NCBI GenBank assembly: GCA_049320885.1
Contig: JBMORA010000032.1
Span: forward strand, 1 to 64,000
Length of the DNA: 64,000 nucleotides
From: Thermodesulfobacteriota bacterium
Lineage (GTDB): Bacteria; Desulfobacterota; Desulfobacteria; Desulfobacterales; SURF-7
Direction of reading: 5' to 3'
Position 1 is the stretch's first letter; each line of letters opens with the position of its first letter. Below the pieces are notes generated by a model. That model saw nothing but the letters and a program-made list of their open reading frames with translations, was not told the origin of the DNA and ran no database searches. Made by a program: the position numbers and the translations under genes. This document shows positions 53,984 through 61,512 of the stretch, one piece after another.

Positions 53984-55988
53984 AGCTCGAATCTCAACCG
54001 GAGAAACCGGCGACCGCCCACCGAAGATCCGCCTTCGCGCCATTGTGCTGGGAATTCTGGCGGCCGCGCTGATCTGCCTGATCACGCCCTTTCATAACAT
54101 TTATCGCCAGGGGACCCCGCTTGGCGGCGGTCATTTCCCGCTGGCACCCTTCCTGCTGATGTTCTGGATCACCATTCTGGCGGCCGGGGTGAAAAAACTG
54201 ACCCGCGGGCAGGATTGGCTCACCGGCAAGGAGTTGATGATCGTCTGGGTTCTCACGACGCTTGTCTCTGGAATTGCCTATACCGGGCTGACCCGCACTT
54301 TCTTCATCAATCTCACCGCCCCTTATTACTACGCCACCATCGAAAATCGCTGGGCGGAAATACTGCAGCCGCTGCTGCCCTCCGCCTTATATCCGCGGGA
54401 ATACGCCGTCAGGCCCTTCTACGAGGGACTTGCCGGCGGTCGCGACATGGGTTGGCTCTCGATCTGCGGCCAGATCCCTTGGGAGGCTTGGCTGGCGCCC
54501 CTCCTGTTATGGGGGGGATTCATTCTGACCTGTTACGGTGTCATGATCTGCATGATCAATCTGGTGAGCCGGCAGTGGCTCCATAATGAACGGATGAACC
54601 TTCCGCTCCTGCGGGTGCCCATGATCCTTGCGGAGGCCTTCGATAACAACCGGCTTGGAAGCCTTTTGGCCGACGGCTTTCTGATCGCCGGTCTTGCCAT
54701 CGCCGCCGGCCTCCACCTGATCAACGGCCTGCATGTCTACCATCCCTCCGTTCCCCAGATCCCGACGCTGATCCTCGCCGGCGCCTATTTCCCTCCCGCC
54801 GGACTGTTCGATGGATTCCAAAAATTGACGATATATATATACCCGGCCTTCATCGGCTTCGCCTTTCTGACTTCCCGCCAGATCTCCTTTTCCTTCTGGT
54901 TCTTTTTCCTTGCCGGCAGTCTGCTGACGGGCCTCCTGCTCGTCATGGGATACAACATTCCCGCTTCGGCCCTGGGTGTCACCTTCGGACCGACCCTCAC
55001 CCGGCCGGAGGAAACCCAGATGATCGGCGCCTATTTCATTTTCTTCCTGTTTCTGGTCTGGCTGGGACGCCATCATTTTACAGAAATCGTTTCCGATGCA
55101 TTGCATTTCAAGACGCCGGGGCCCTCCCGCACCGAATGGTTTCCCACCAGCCTGTCCTTCTGGGGGTTGCTCACAGGTCTCGGCGTCATCGTGCTCTGGT
55201 TCTGCTGGTTCGGCCTGAGCCTGTGGTTGTCGCTGATGGTGGTCGGTGTTTTTTTCATGGTCATGCTGGTGGCCACCCGGGTGGTCTGCCAGGGCGGTGT
55301 GGCCTATTATACGCTGACAACCTCGCCCCTCGACGGACTCACGGCCTTCGGGGGCCCCCGGATGTTCAGCCATGCCGGCATTCTGATGGCCGCCGTAACC
55401 CAGAAAGTGCTGTTCGTGGACCTGCGGGAATCCCTGATGCCTTCGTTACTGCATGCCGGGGAAGTCACCCACCGGGAAAAAAACCGCCATATCCTGCTGG
55501 CTGGCATCGCCCTCACCCTGATCGTCGGGGTCGCGGTATCCTTCCTTGCCATGCTGGCCCTGTGCTACAAATTCGGCGCCCGGGAGCTGGAACTCGAATG
55601 GGCCACCCGCACCACGCTCACCGTATATGAAACCATCAAAACCGCCGTGGAATCCCCGGACCGGACCGGCGACTGGGTGCCTTTTTTCACCAGCCTGGGC
55701 GCGGGTATCATGCTGCTCCTGGTGATCTGCTATCACCGGGCCTACTGGTGGCCCATTCATCCCATCGGATATCTGACGGCTTACAGTTCCGCCATGCGCA
55801 TTCTCTGGTTCAGTTTTTTCGTGGGCTGGTTGTGCAATTCGCTCTGCCTGCGCTATGGCGGCATCCGGTTGTTCAAACGCCTCAGCCTGTTTTTCGTCGG
55901 CCTCATCATCGGAGATTTTCTGATGGCCGGAATCTGGGCCGTGGTCGGCCTGGTGAGCGGCGGCAGCTACGCGGTCCTGCCCACCTGA
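53976..55988 (+). CDS. Polytopic membrane protein (OPT-like; resembles DUF6785/DUF6784)
   Basis: Many TM helices; RQWLHNERMNLPL and WWPIHPIG motifs. Family name recalled from memory, unverified. Confidence 0.7.
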   Translation: MTEARISTGETGDRPPKIRLRAIVLGILAAALICLITPFHNIYRQGTPLGGGHFPLAPFLLMFWITILAAGVKKLTRGQDWLTGKELMIVWVLTTLVSGIAYTGLTRTFFINLTAPYYYATIENRWAEILQPLLPSALYPREYAVRPFYEGLAGGRDMGWLSICGQIPWEAWLAPLLLWGGFILTCYGVMICMINLVSRQWLHNERMNLPLLRVPMILAEAFDNNRLGSLLADGFLIAGLAIAAGLHLINGLHVYHPSVPQIPTLILAGAYFPPAGLFDGFQKLTIYIYPAFIGFAFLTSRQISFSFWFFFLAGSLLTGLLLVMGYNIPASALGVTFGPTLTRPEETQMIGAYFIFFLFLVWLGRHHFTEIVSDALHFKTPGPSRTEWFPTSLSFWGLLTGLGVIVLWFCWFGLSLWLSLMVVGVFFMVMLVATRVVCQGGVAYYTLTTSPLDGLTAFGGPRMFSHAGILMAAVTQKVLFVDLRESLMPSLLHAGEVTHREKNRHILLAGIALTLIVGVAVSFLAMLALCYKFGARELELEWATRTTLTVYETIKTAVESPDRTGDWVPFFTSLGAGIMLLLVICYHRAYWWPIHPIGYLTAYSSAMRILWFSFFVGWLCNSLCLRYGGIRLFKRLSLFFVGLIIGDFLMAGIWAVVGLVSGGSYAVLPT

Positions 55989-55992
55989 AAAA

Positions 55993-56225
55993 CAATTACG
56001 AATTAGGAATTACGAATTACGAATTGTGGTATTCTATCAATTTGGATACCATACGGATGTATATTCGGAGCCGACCTTCGTTCGTAATGGTTTTCATCGC
56101 CTTCAGCGGAAAAATCAAAATTGAAATTGACAGCATGCCTTCATTCGTAATTCCTAATTCCTAATTCGTAATTGAAATTGACAGCATACCTTCATTCCTA
56201 ATTCGTAATTCGTAATTCGTAATTG
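55993..56225. repeat. Inverted heptamer-repeat arrays plus a 51-bp tandem duplication
   Basis: (AATTACG/AATTAGG)n at 55994-56025; reverse-complement arrays at 56143-56225; near-identical 51-bp units start at 56119 and 56170. Confidence 0.85.
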
Positions 56226-56230
56226 CTTTT

Positions 56231-58186
56231 ATGGATCGTGAGTTAAAAGAATACCGCGACCTCCTGACGGTTCCGGACCGCTTCGAGGAGGGCTTTGACT
56301 GGAAAACCGTCATCGGCGCGGTCTTCATCGGTTTTCTGATGATGCCCGGAAGCATGTACCTGCAGCTGATGATCGGTACCGGCATCGGCCCGGCGGCCCG
56401 CTGGGTCACCATTATCCTGTTCGCCGAAATCGCCAAGCGCGCCTATACGGAAATCAAGCGCCAGGAAATATTCCTGCTGTATTACATGGCCGGTGCGGCC
56501 ATGGCCTCGCCCTTCCAGGGACTTTTGTGGAGCCAATACCTCGTGCAATCGGACGCGGCCCGCATGCTCGGCCTTGCGGAATTCATTCCGGCATGGGTGG
56601 CCCCCCCGCCGGAAACCGCCTCCCTCCTGGAGCGAACCTTTTTTCACCGCGACTGGCTGATTCCGATCCTGCTGCTGGTGGGTTCCCAGCTGATTCAACG
56701 CATTGATCATTTCGGGCTCGGCTATGCGCTGTACCGGCTCACTTCGGATGTGGAAAAACTGCCCTTTCCCATGGCTCCGGTGGGAGCCCTCGGCACCATG
56801 GCCCTGGCGGAATCCACTGAAGAAAAGGAAACCGGCTGGAAATGGCGGGTGTTTTCCATCGGCGGCGTGATCGGCCTGGCCTTCGGCGGAATCTATGTCC
56901 TGCTGCCGGCGGTTTCCGGACTGCTGTTGATCGAACCCATTCGTCTGATTCCCCTTCCCTGGGTGGAATTGACCCGCTACACCGAGGGCCTGCTGCCGGC
57001 GGTGGCCACCGGGATCCAACTCGACCTGGGGCTGGTGTTCATCGGAATGGTGCTCCCCTTTTGGGCGGTCATCGGAGGATTGGCAGGGCTTTTCATCACC
57101 ATCCTTCTGAATCCCATTCTCCACCATCACGGCATCTTGCGCAGATGGCACGAGGGCATGGGGACCGTGGACACAGTCTTCGCCAACAATTTCGACTTTT
57201 ACATGAGTTTCGGAATCGGCCTGGGCCTGGCCATCGCCTTCGTCGGCGTCTTTTATGTGGTGAAATCCTTTCGGCAGGATCCGGGCGCTCCAAGGGGTTC
57301 CCTGAAAGACCTGCTGAAAACGCATCCCGGACGCGGCGATATCAGCATCTGGATCTCCCTTGCCATCTATCTGCTATCCACTCTCGCCTATATCGCCCTT
57401 TGCCGTCTGCTGGTGCCGAATTTCCCCTGGATTTTTTTCCTGGCCTACGGTTTCATCTATACGCCTGTTCTGTCCTATATCACGGCCCGAATGGAAGGCA
57501 TCGCCGGACAATTCGTCAGCCTGCCCATGGTGCGGGAAATCAGCTTTATCGCCGGCGCCAAATATTTCGGTTACCAGGGCATTGAAATCTGGTATGCCCC
57601 CATTCCCATCCACAATTACGGCGAGGCGACGGTCCACTTCCGTCAGATCGAACTCACCGGAACCAGCATCCGCGGCATCATCAAGGCCGAACTGGTGGTT
57701 TTTCCGGTGGTGATTATCGCCGGCCTCCTGTTCTCCCAGTTTATCTGGCGGCTGGCGCCGATTCCTTCCGCGGCCTATCCCTATGCCCAGGAGTTGTGGC
57801 ATTTGCAGGCCCTGAACTCGCTGTTGATGCAGACCTCGACCCTGGAAGGCAATTCCTTGTTTCTGCAATCCCTGACCGGCAACTATGTCCTGGCCGGGCT
57901 GGGATTCGGCCTGCTGGCCTACCTCCTGTTGAACCTGATGGGCCTTCCCGTGCTGCTGATCTACGGGATTATCCGGGGCCTGGGGCAGACCACCCCCCAC
58001 GGCATGCTGCTCGAAGTCGTCGGCGCCTTTCTGGGGCGCTTCTTTTTCCTGAAACGGTACGGCGCCATGTGGCGGCAATACGCGCCGGTTCTGCTGGCGG
58101 GTTTCTCCTGCGGCATGGGACTCAGCGGCATGTTCGCCATGGGATTCGCCTTGATCGTCAAATCCCTGACCCGCATGGCCTATTGA
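56231..58186 (+). CDS. OPT-superfamily-like 'peptide transporter' membrane protein
   Basis: About 16 hydrophobic segments; QE motif after the early TMs; EKLPFPMA resembles the OPT-family LxFP motif. Confidence 0.7.
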   Translation: MDRELKEYRDLLTVPDRFEEGFDWKTVIGAVFIGFLMMPGSMYLQLMIGTGIGPAARWVTIILFAEIAKRAYTEIKRQEIFLLYYMAGAAMASPFQGLLWSQYLVQSDAARMLGLAEFIPAWVAPPPETASLLERTFFHRDWLIPILLLVGSQLIQRIDHFGLGYALYRLTSDVEKLPFPMAPVGALGTMALAESTEEKETGWKWRVFSIGGVIGLAFGGIYVLLPAVSGLLLIEPIRLIPLPWVELTRYTEGLLPAVATGIQLDLGLVFIGMVLPFWAVIGGLAGLFITILLNPILHHHGILRRWHEGMGTVDTVFANNFDFYMSFGIGLGLAIAFVGVFYVVKSFRQDPGAPRGSLKDLLKTHPGRGDISIWISLAIYLLSTLAYIALCRLLVPNFPWIFFLAYGFIYTPVLSYITARMEGIAGQFVSLPMVREISFIAGAKYFGYQGIEIWYAPIPIHNYGEATVHFRQIELTGTSIRGIIKAELVVFPVVIIAGLLFSQFIWRLAPIPSAAYPYAQELWHLQALNSLLMQTSTLEGNSLFLQSLTGNYVLAGLGFGLLAYLLLNLMGLPVLLIYGIIRGLGQTTPHGMLLEVVGAFLGRFFFLKRYGAMWRQYAPVLLAGFSCGMGLSGMFAMGFALIVKSLTRMAY

Positions 58187-58223
58187 AAAACAGTCACAAC
58201 CGACCCATCGGAGACAACCGAAG

Positions 58224-58829
58224 ATGAAAACAACCCTGCCGGTCATCCCGCTTTTCCTCATCCTGATCGCCGTCACCGGTGATTGTCAGGATATCCCCCG
58301 CCAGGTTGGCGGCTTTATCCTGGGAACCGACATCCGCCAGTACCGGAACCGCCTCCGGGAAACCACCGCCATGCCCGTTCGTTATAAGGCCTATCTCGTG
58401 GAAATCGAAATCCGTCCGGATGCCTATTTTAAAAGCGGCCTGATCGCCTATGGAACCTGCGACCAATCCGAAAAAATCCTTCGCATCCGGCTGAAATACC
58501 GGGACGGCAGCCGGACGTTTTACGAGCAGCTGCTGGAACGCCTGAAAAAACGTTTCGGGGAGCCGGTTGAATGGCGGGGCGACCCGTTTCAAACCGTCCT
58601 GGCCTGGAAATGGTCCTTCATCGACCGGCAACAAAACGCCGTCAGCCTGACCTTGCAGCACAATACCAAGGACAAGGAACAAAAACTGGGCAATTCCATC
58701 AAATTGACCCTGACCAGTCAGATTCGGAAAGAACAGGCCTGCCATCAGGCGCGGGCAGCGACACCCGTGGACCCGCCCATCCCTTCCATCTCCGGTCCTG
58801 TTGATTGGCGGCTGCTCATTCCGGAATGA
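58224..58829 (+). CDS. Hypothetical exported protein
   Basis: N-terminal hydrophobic signal; co-oriented; ATGA overlap with the next gene. Confidence 0.7.
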   Translation: MKTTLPVIPLFLILIAVTGDCQDIPRQVGGFILGTDIRQYRNRLRETTAMPVRYKAYLVEIEIRPDAYFKSGLIAYGTCDQSEKILRIRLKYRDGSRTFYEQLLERLKKRFGEPVEWRGDPFQTVLAWKWSFIDRQQNAVSLTLQHNTKDKEQKLGNSIKLTLTSQIRKEQACHQARAATPVDPPIPSISGPVDWRLLIPE

Positions 58830-59725
58830 ACACAACACATTCCGACTGGCTTGAAACCGCCTGGAACGGCATCCGTTTCCGCAGGCCGCCCCACTGGGAA
58901 ATCACCCGCATCGGCAACCAGGACCTTCTGCTCGCGGATGAGGAAGGCCCGGTCCTGGAAATCAAATGGGGGCCGGCAAGCGGAACTTTTTCCCATGACG
59001 CCCTGTTGAAGCGGCTTGCCCTGAAACATCGGCTTCATGGGCCACCCGGTTTTTCGGCGATTCCGGTCCCCGAAGAATGGGTGCAGGGGCTCCGACGGTT
59101 TCGTCTGTCCGGCTTCGAATGGCGCGACGGGACCACCGGCGGCCGGGGGGTGATTTTTGATTGCCCCCGCTGCTCCAAGGCAGGCCTGATTCAGTTCATT
59201 CATCGGCCCAACCGGAACCATTTCCCGGATATTTCCTCCAATGGGATTTCCACGACCCTGCTGGCCTCTTTCCGCGATCATTCCGAAGACGGCCGGAACC
59301 TGTTTGCCTTGTACGACATCCGGCTTGTCGTGCCGGAAGCCTTCCGACTGCACAGCTACCGTTTTACCGCCGGGGCTTTCGAATTGCACTTCCGGCACCG
59401 GCGGATATCCCTGACCTTCTATCGCTGGGGACTGGCCGGTTTGCGGCTGGCGGGCAACGATCTGGCGCTTTTCGGCAGGAAGATTTTCGCCGTTACAAAC
59501 CCCGTGACCCAGGAAAACCGGTCCGCAACGGAAGAATCCGTTGAATGGCGACTCGCCGCCCCACCCTGGTGGTCACGCCTGATTTCCAAGGCTCCCTTTC
59601 AGCAATGCCGCTTGCGGTACATTGAATCCCGGGATCGCATCCTCGGCGTCCGTATCACCGGGAAACAACCCATAAACGACGGGATTTTCAGGCAACTCAC
59701 CCAGGATTTTACCCTTGTTCCGTAA
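58826..59725 (+). CDS. Hypothetical protein
   Basis: ATG 58826 overlaps the previous TGA; Trp-rich with one CPRC; its end overlaps the PqqD-like gene start. Confidence 0.7.
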   Translation: MNTTHSDWLETAWNGIRFRRPPHWEITRIGNQDLLLADEEGPVLEIKWGPASGTFSHDALLKRLALKHRLHGPPGFSAIPVPEEWVQGLRRFRLSGFEWRDGTTGGRGVIFDCPRCSKAGLIQFIHRPNRNHFPDISSNGISTTLLASFRDHSEDGRNLFALYDIRLVVPEAFRLHSYRFTAGAFELHFRHRRISLTFYRWGLAGLRLAGNDLALFGRKIFAVTNPVTQENRSATEESVEWRLAAPPWWSRLISKAPFQQCRLRYIESRDRILGVRITGKQPINDGIFRQLTQDFTLVP

Positions 59726-60104
59726 AACCCAACCACCCCCGATAACGCACCGCCAGGCCCTGGAGTGCCGACCGATCCGCAACGCGGAAGTCGTCACTTC
59801 GCACCTGGAATCGGGCGCGGCCCTGCTGACGTATCCCGTTCGCCCAAAGCCCTGGCTCGCGGCCCTGGTGCGGTTGGGGGCGCGCCTGTCGCGGGACAGG
59901 TCCGGAGGAGGGAACCGGTCCGGAAAACTGGAGCTGGATGGATTGGGGACAGCGGTATGGGACATGGTGGACGGACGCCGATCGGTCCGGGAAATCGTGG
60001 AGCAATTCACCCGGCAGCAACGCCTGCATCCCCGCGAGGCGGAAATCGCTGTCACCCGTTTTCTGCGGGAACTGGGCAGACGCGGCATTATCGGGCTCGG
60101 CTGA
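59715..60104 (+). CDS. PqqD-family (RiPP recognition element-like) protein
   Basis: LELDGLGTAVWDMVDGRRSVREIVEQF...AVTRFLRELGRRGII matches the PqqD winged-helix pattern; TTG start. Confidence 0.8.
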   Translation: MFRKTQPPPITHRQALECRPIRNAEVVTSHLESGAALLTYPVRPKPWLAALVRLGARLSRDRSGGGNRSGKLELDGLGTAVWDMVDGRRSVREIVEQFTRQQRLHPREAEIAVTRFLRELGRRGIIGLG

Positions 60105-60116
60105 CGGATCAGCCCC

Positions 60117-60467
60117 TCACGGCGACACCAGTTTCCCGAAAGCCAGGATGCCATCATCGACGGAACCGGTGATGGGCAGAAAGGTGTCAAAACCCGAAAT
60201 CTCGAACACTTCCTTCACATAATCCTGCATGGAGCAGAGAACCAGTCCCCCGTTCCTGCGCTTCAAATCCTTGGCGGCTTTTAAAATCACCCGCAGCCCC
60301 GCGCTGGAGATATAATCCAGCCCACCGAAATCGATGGCCACTTTTTTTTCGCCGGATTCGATGGCGCCGAAAACAGCCGCCTCGAAATCCGCGGATGAGT
60401 TGGAATCCAAGCGCCCGGCTATCTGAAAAATGACGATGTCCCCCCGCCTGGTCTGAGTGATCTCCAT
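60117..60467 (-). CDS. STAS-domain anti-sigma-factor antagonist (RsbV/SpoIIAA-like)
   Basis: GRLD, DFGGLDYISSAGLRV (phosphoacceptor Ser), VFEISGF. Confidence 0.93.
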   Translation of the reverse strand: MEITQTRRGDIVIFQIAGRLDSNSSADFEAAVFGAIESGEKKVAIDFGGLDYISSAGLRVILKAAKDLKRRNGGLVLCSMQDYVKEVFEISGFDTFLPITGSVDDGILAFGKLVSP

Positions 60468-60487
60468 TTTCTCTCCTTACTTACCGG

Positions 60488-60976
60488 TCAATCCGTTTCC
60501 TCATTTGCTTTTCGTCCTGTTCGGGTCGCATTCTGTTTGGTCCCTTTTCCGGCGCATTCCGCCAGAAGGGATTTTTTCATTTCCAGGATATTGGTATCCC
60601 GGCAACGCCGATAATGCAGATGGTCCATCATGTGCTTCACCAGATGAAGCCCCATGCCGCCGATGGACCTTTCCGTCAAACCACAGCTCACATCCGGCGC
60701 TTCGCAACTCAGGGGGTTGAAGGGGATCCCATTGTCCTCGATTTTGATGGCCAGGTCGTCCCCTGAGCGGGACAGAGAGAAACGAACGGTTTTCTCCCCG
60801 CAATTTCCACAGCCATGGGAGATGATATTGGTAAAGAGTTCATCCAGGACCAGGTTGATCATCCATACCGCTTTGGGCGGCAACCCCGCCCGCCGGCCGA
60901 AACCGTGGAGCCTGCGTCTCAGACGCTCCAGTTCGTTCAATCGGCAATGTAAAGTGAATGTCCTGGAATAGTTCAT
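60488..60976 (-). CDS. Anti-sigma-factor Ser/Thr kinase (RsbW/SpoIIAB-like HATPase)
   Basis: LDELFTNIISHG, IEDNGIPFNP, GGMGLHLV; start set to ATG 60976. Confidence 0.9.
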   Translation of the reverse strand: MNYSRTFTLHCRLNELERLRRRLHGFGRRAGLPPKAVWMINLVLDELFTNIISHGCGNCGEKTVRFSLSRSGDDLAIKIEDNGIPFNPLSCEAPDVSCGLTERSIGGMGLHLVKHMMDHLHYRRCRDTNILEMKKSLLAECAGKGTKQNATRTGRKANEETD

Positions 60977-60984
60977 ATTTTCCC

Positions 60985-61512
60985 TTACACGAGAATCGCC
61001 CCCATGCGGCCGATGCATTTCTCGCAGGCGTCGCCATGCTCCACCAGAAACCGCTCTTCCCAGGCCCGGATGCGATCGATCATCGCCTGGAGAACCTTCG
61101 GTTTCAATTCAGGAAACTGTTCCATCGCCAGGGTGAATTTTTCCCTGGTGATGATGAGGCACACCAGTTCCGACGTCGCTTTCAAGGTATACAGCTGCCT
61201 AAGTTTTCCCAATAACGCCAGTCCTCCCAGAAAAACCCCCGGACCGTATTCACGCACCTGTTTTTCCTTTCCGTCCACAGCCCGAAATATCCCCGCCTTT
61301 CCCGTAACGATATACATCCCCCGGTCGATATCCTCGTATTCATGAAACAGGACATCCCCTTCCCGGTATGCTTCCCGATTGCACAGATAGGCGAACACCT
61401 TGATCATCTCCATCGGCATTTGGGCGAAAAAGTTAATCTCCCGCAGAACACCCAGGTTCTCCTGGAATTCACAGGCTTCGCAAACATCATTTGTTACCGT
61501 GTACGAGTTCAT
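60985..61512 (-). CDS. Stand-alone cyclic-nucleotide-binding-domain protein
   Basis: LREINFFA, YREGDVLF, MYIVTGKA, PGVFLGGLALL; no HTH. Confidence 0.85.
   Translation of the reverse strand: MNSYTVTNDVCEACEFQENLGVLREINFFAQMPMEMIKVFAYLCNREAYREGDVLFHEYEDIDRGMYIVTGKAGIFRAVDGKEKQVREYGPGVFLGGLALLGKLRQLYTLKATSELVCLIITREKFTLAMEQFPELKPKVLQAMIDRIRAWEERFLVEHGDACEKCIGRMGAILV

Noticed and set aside
55993..56225. Possible CRISPR array
   Set aside because: Units are 7-bp tandem repeats and one 51-bp duplication, with no unique spacers and no cas genes.
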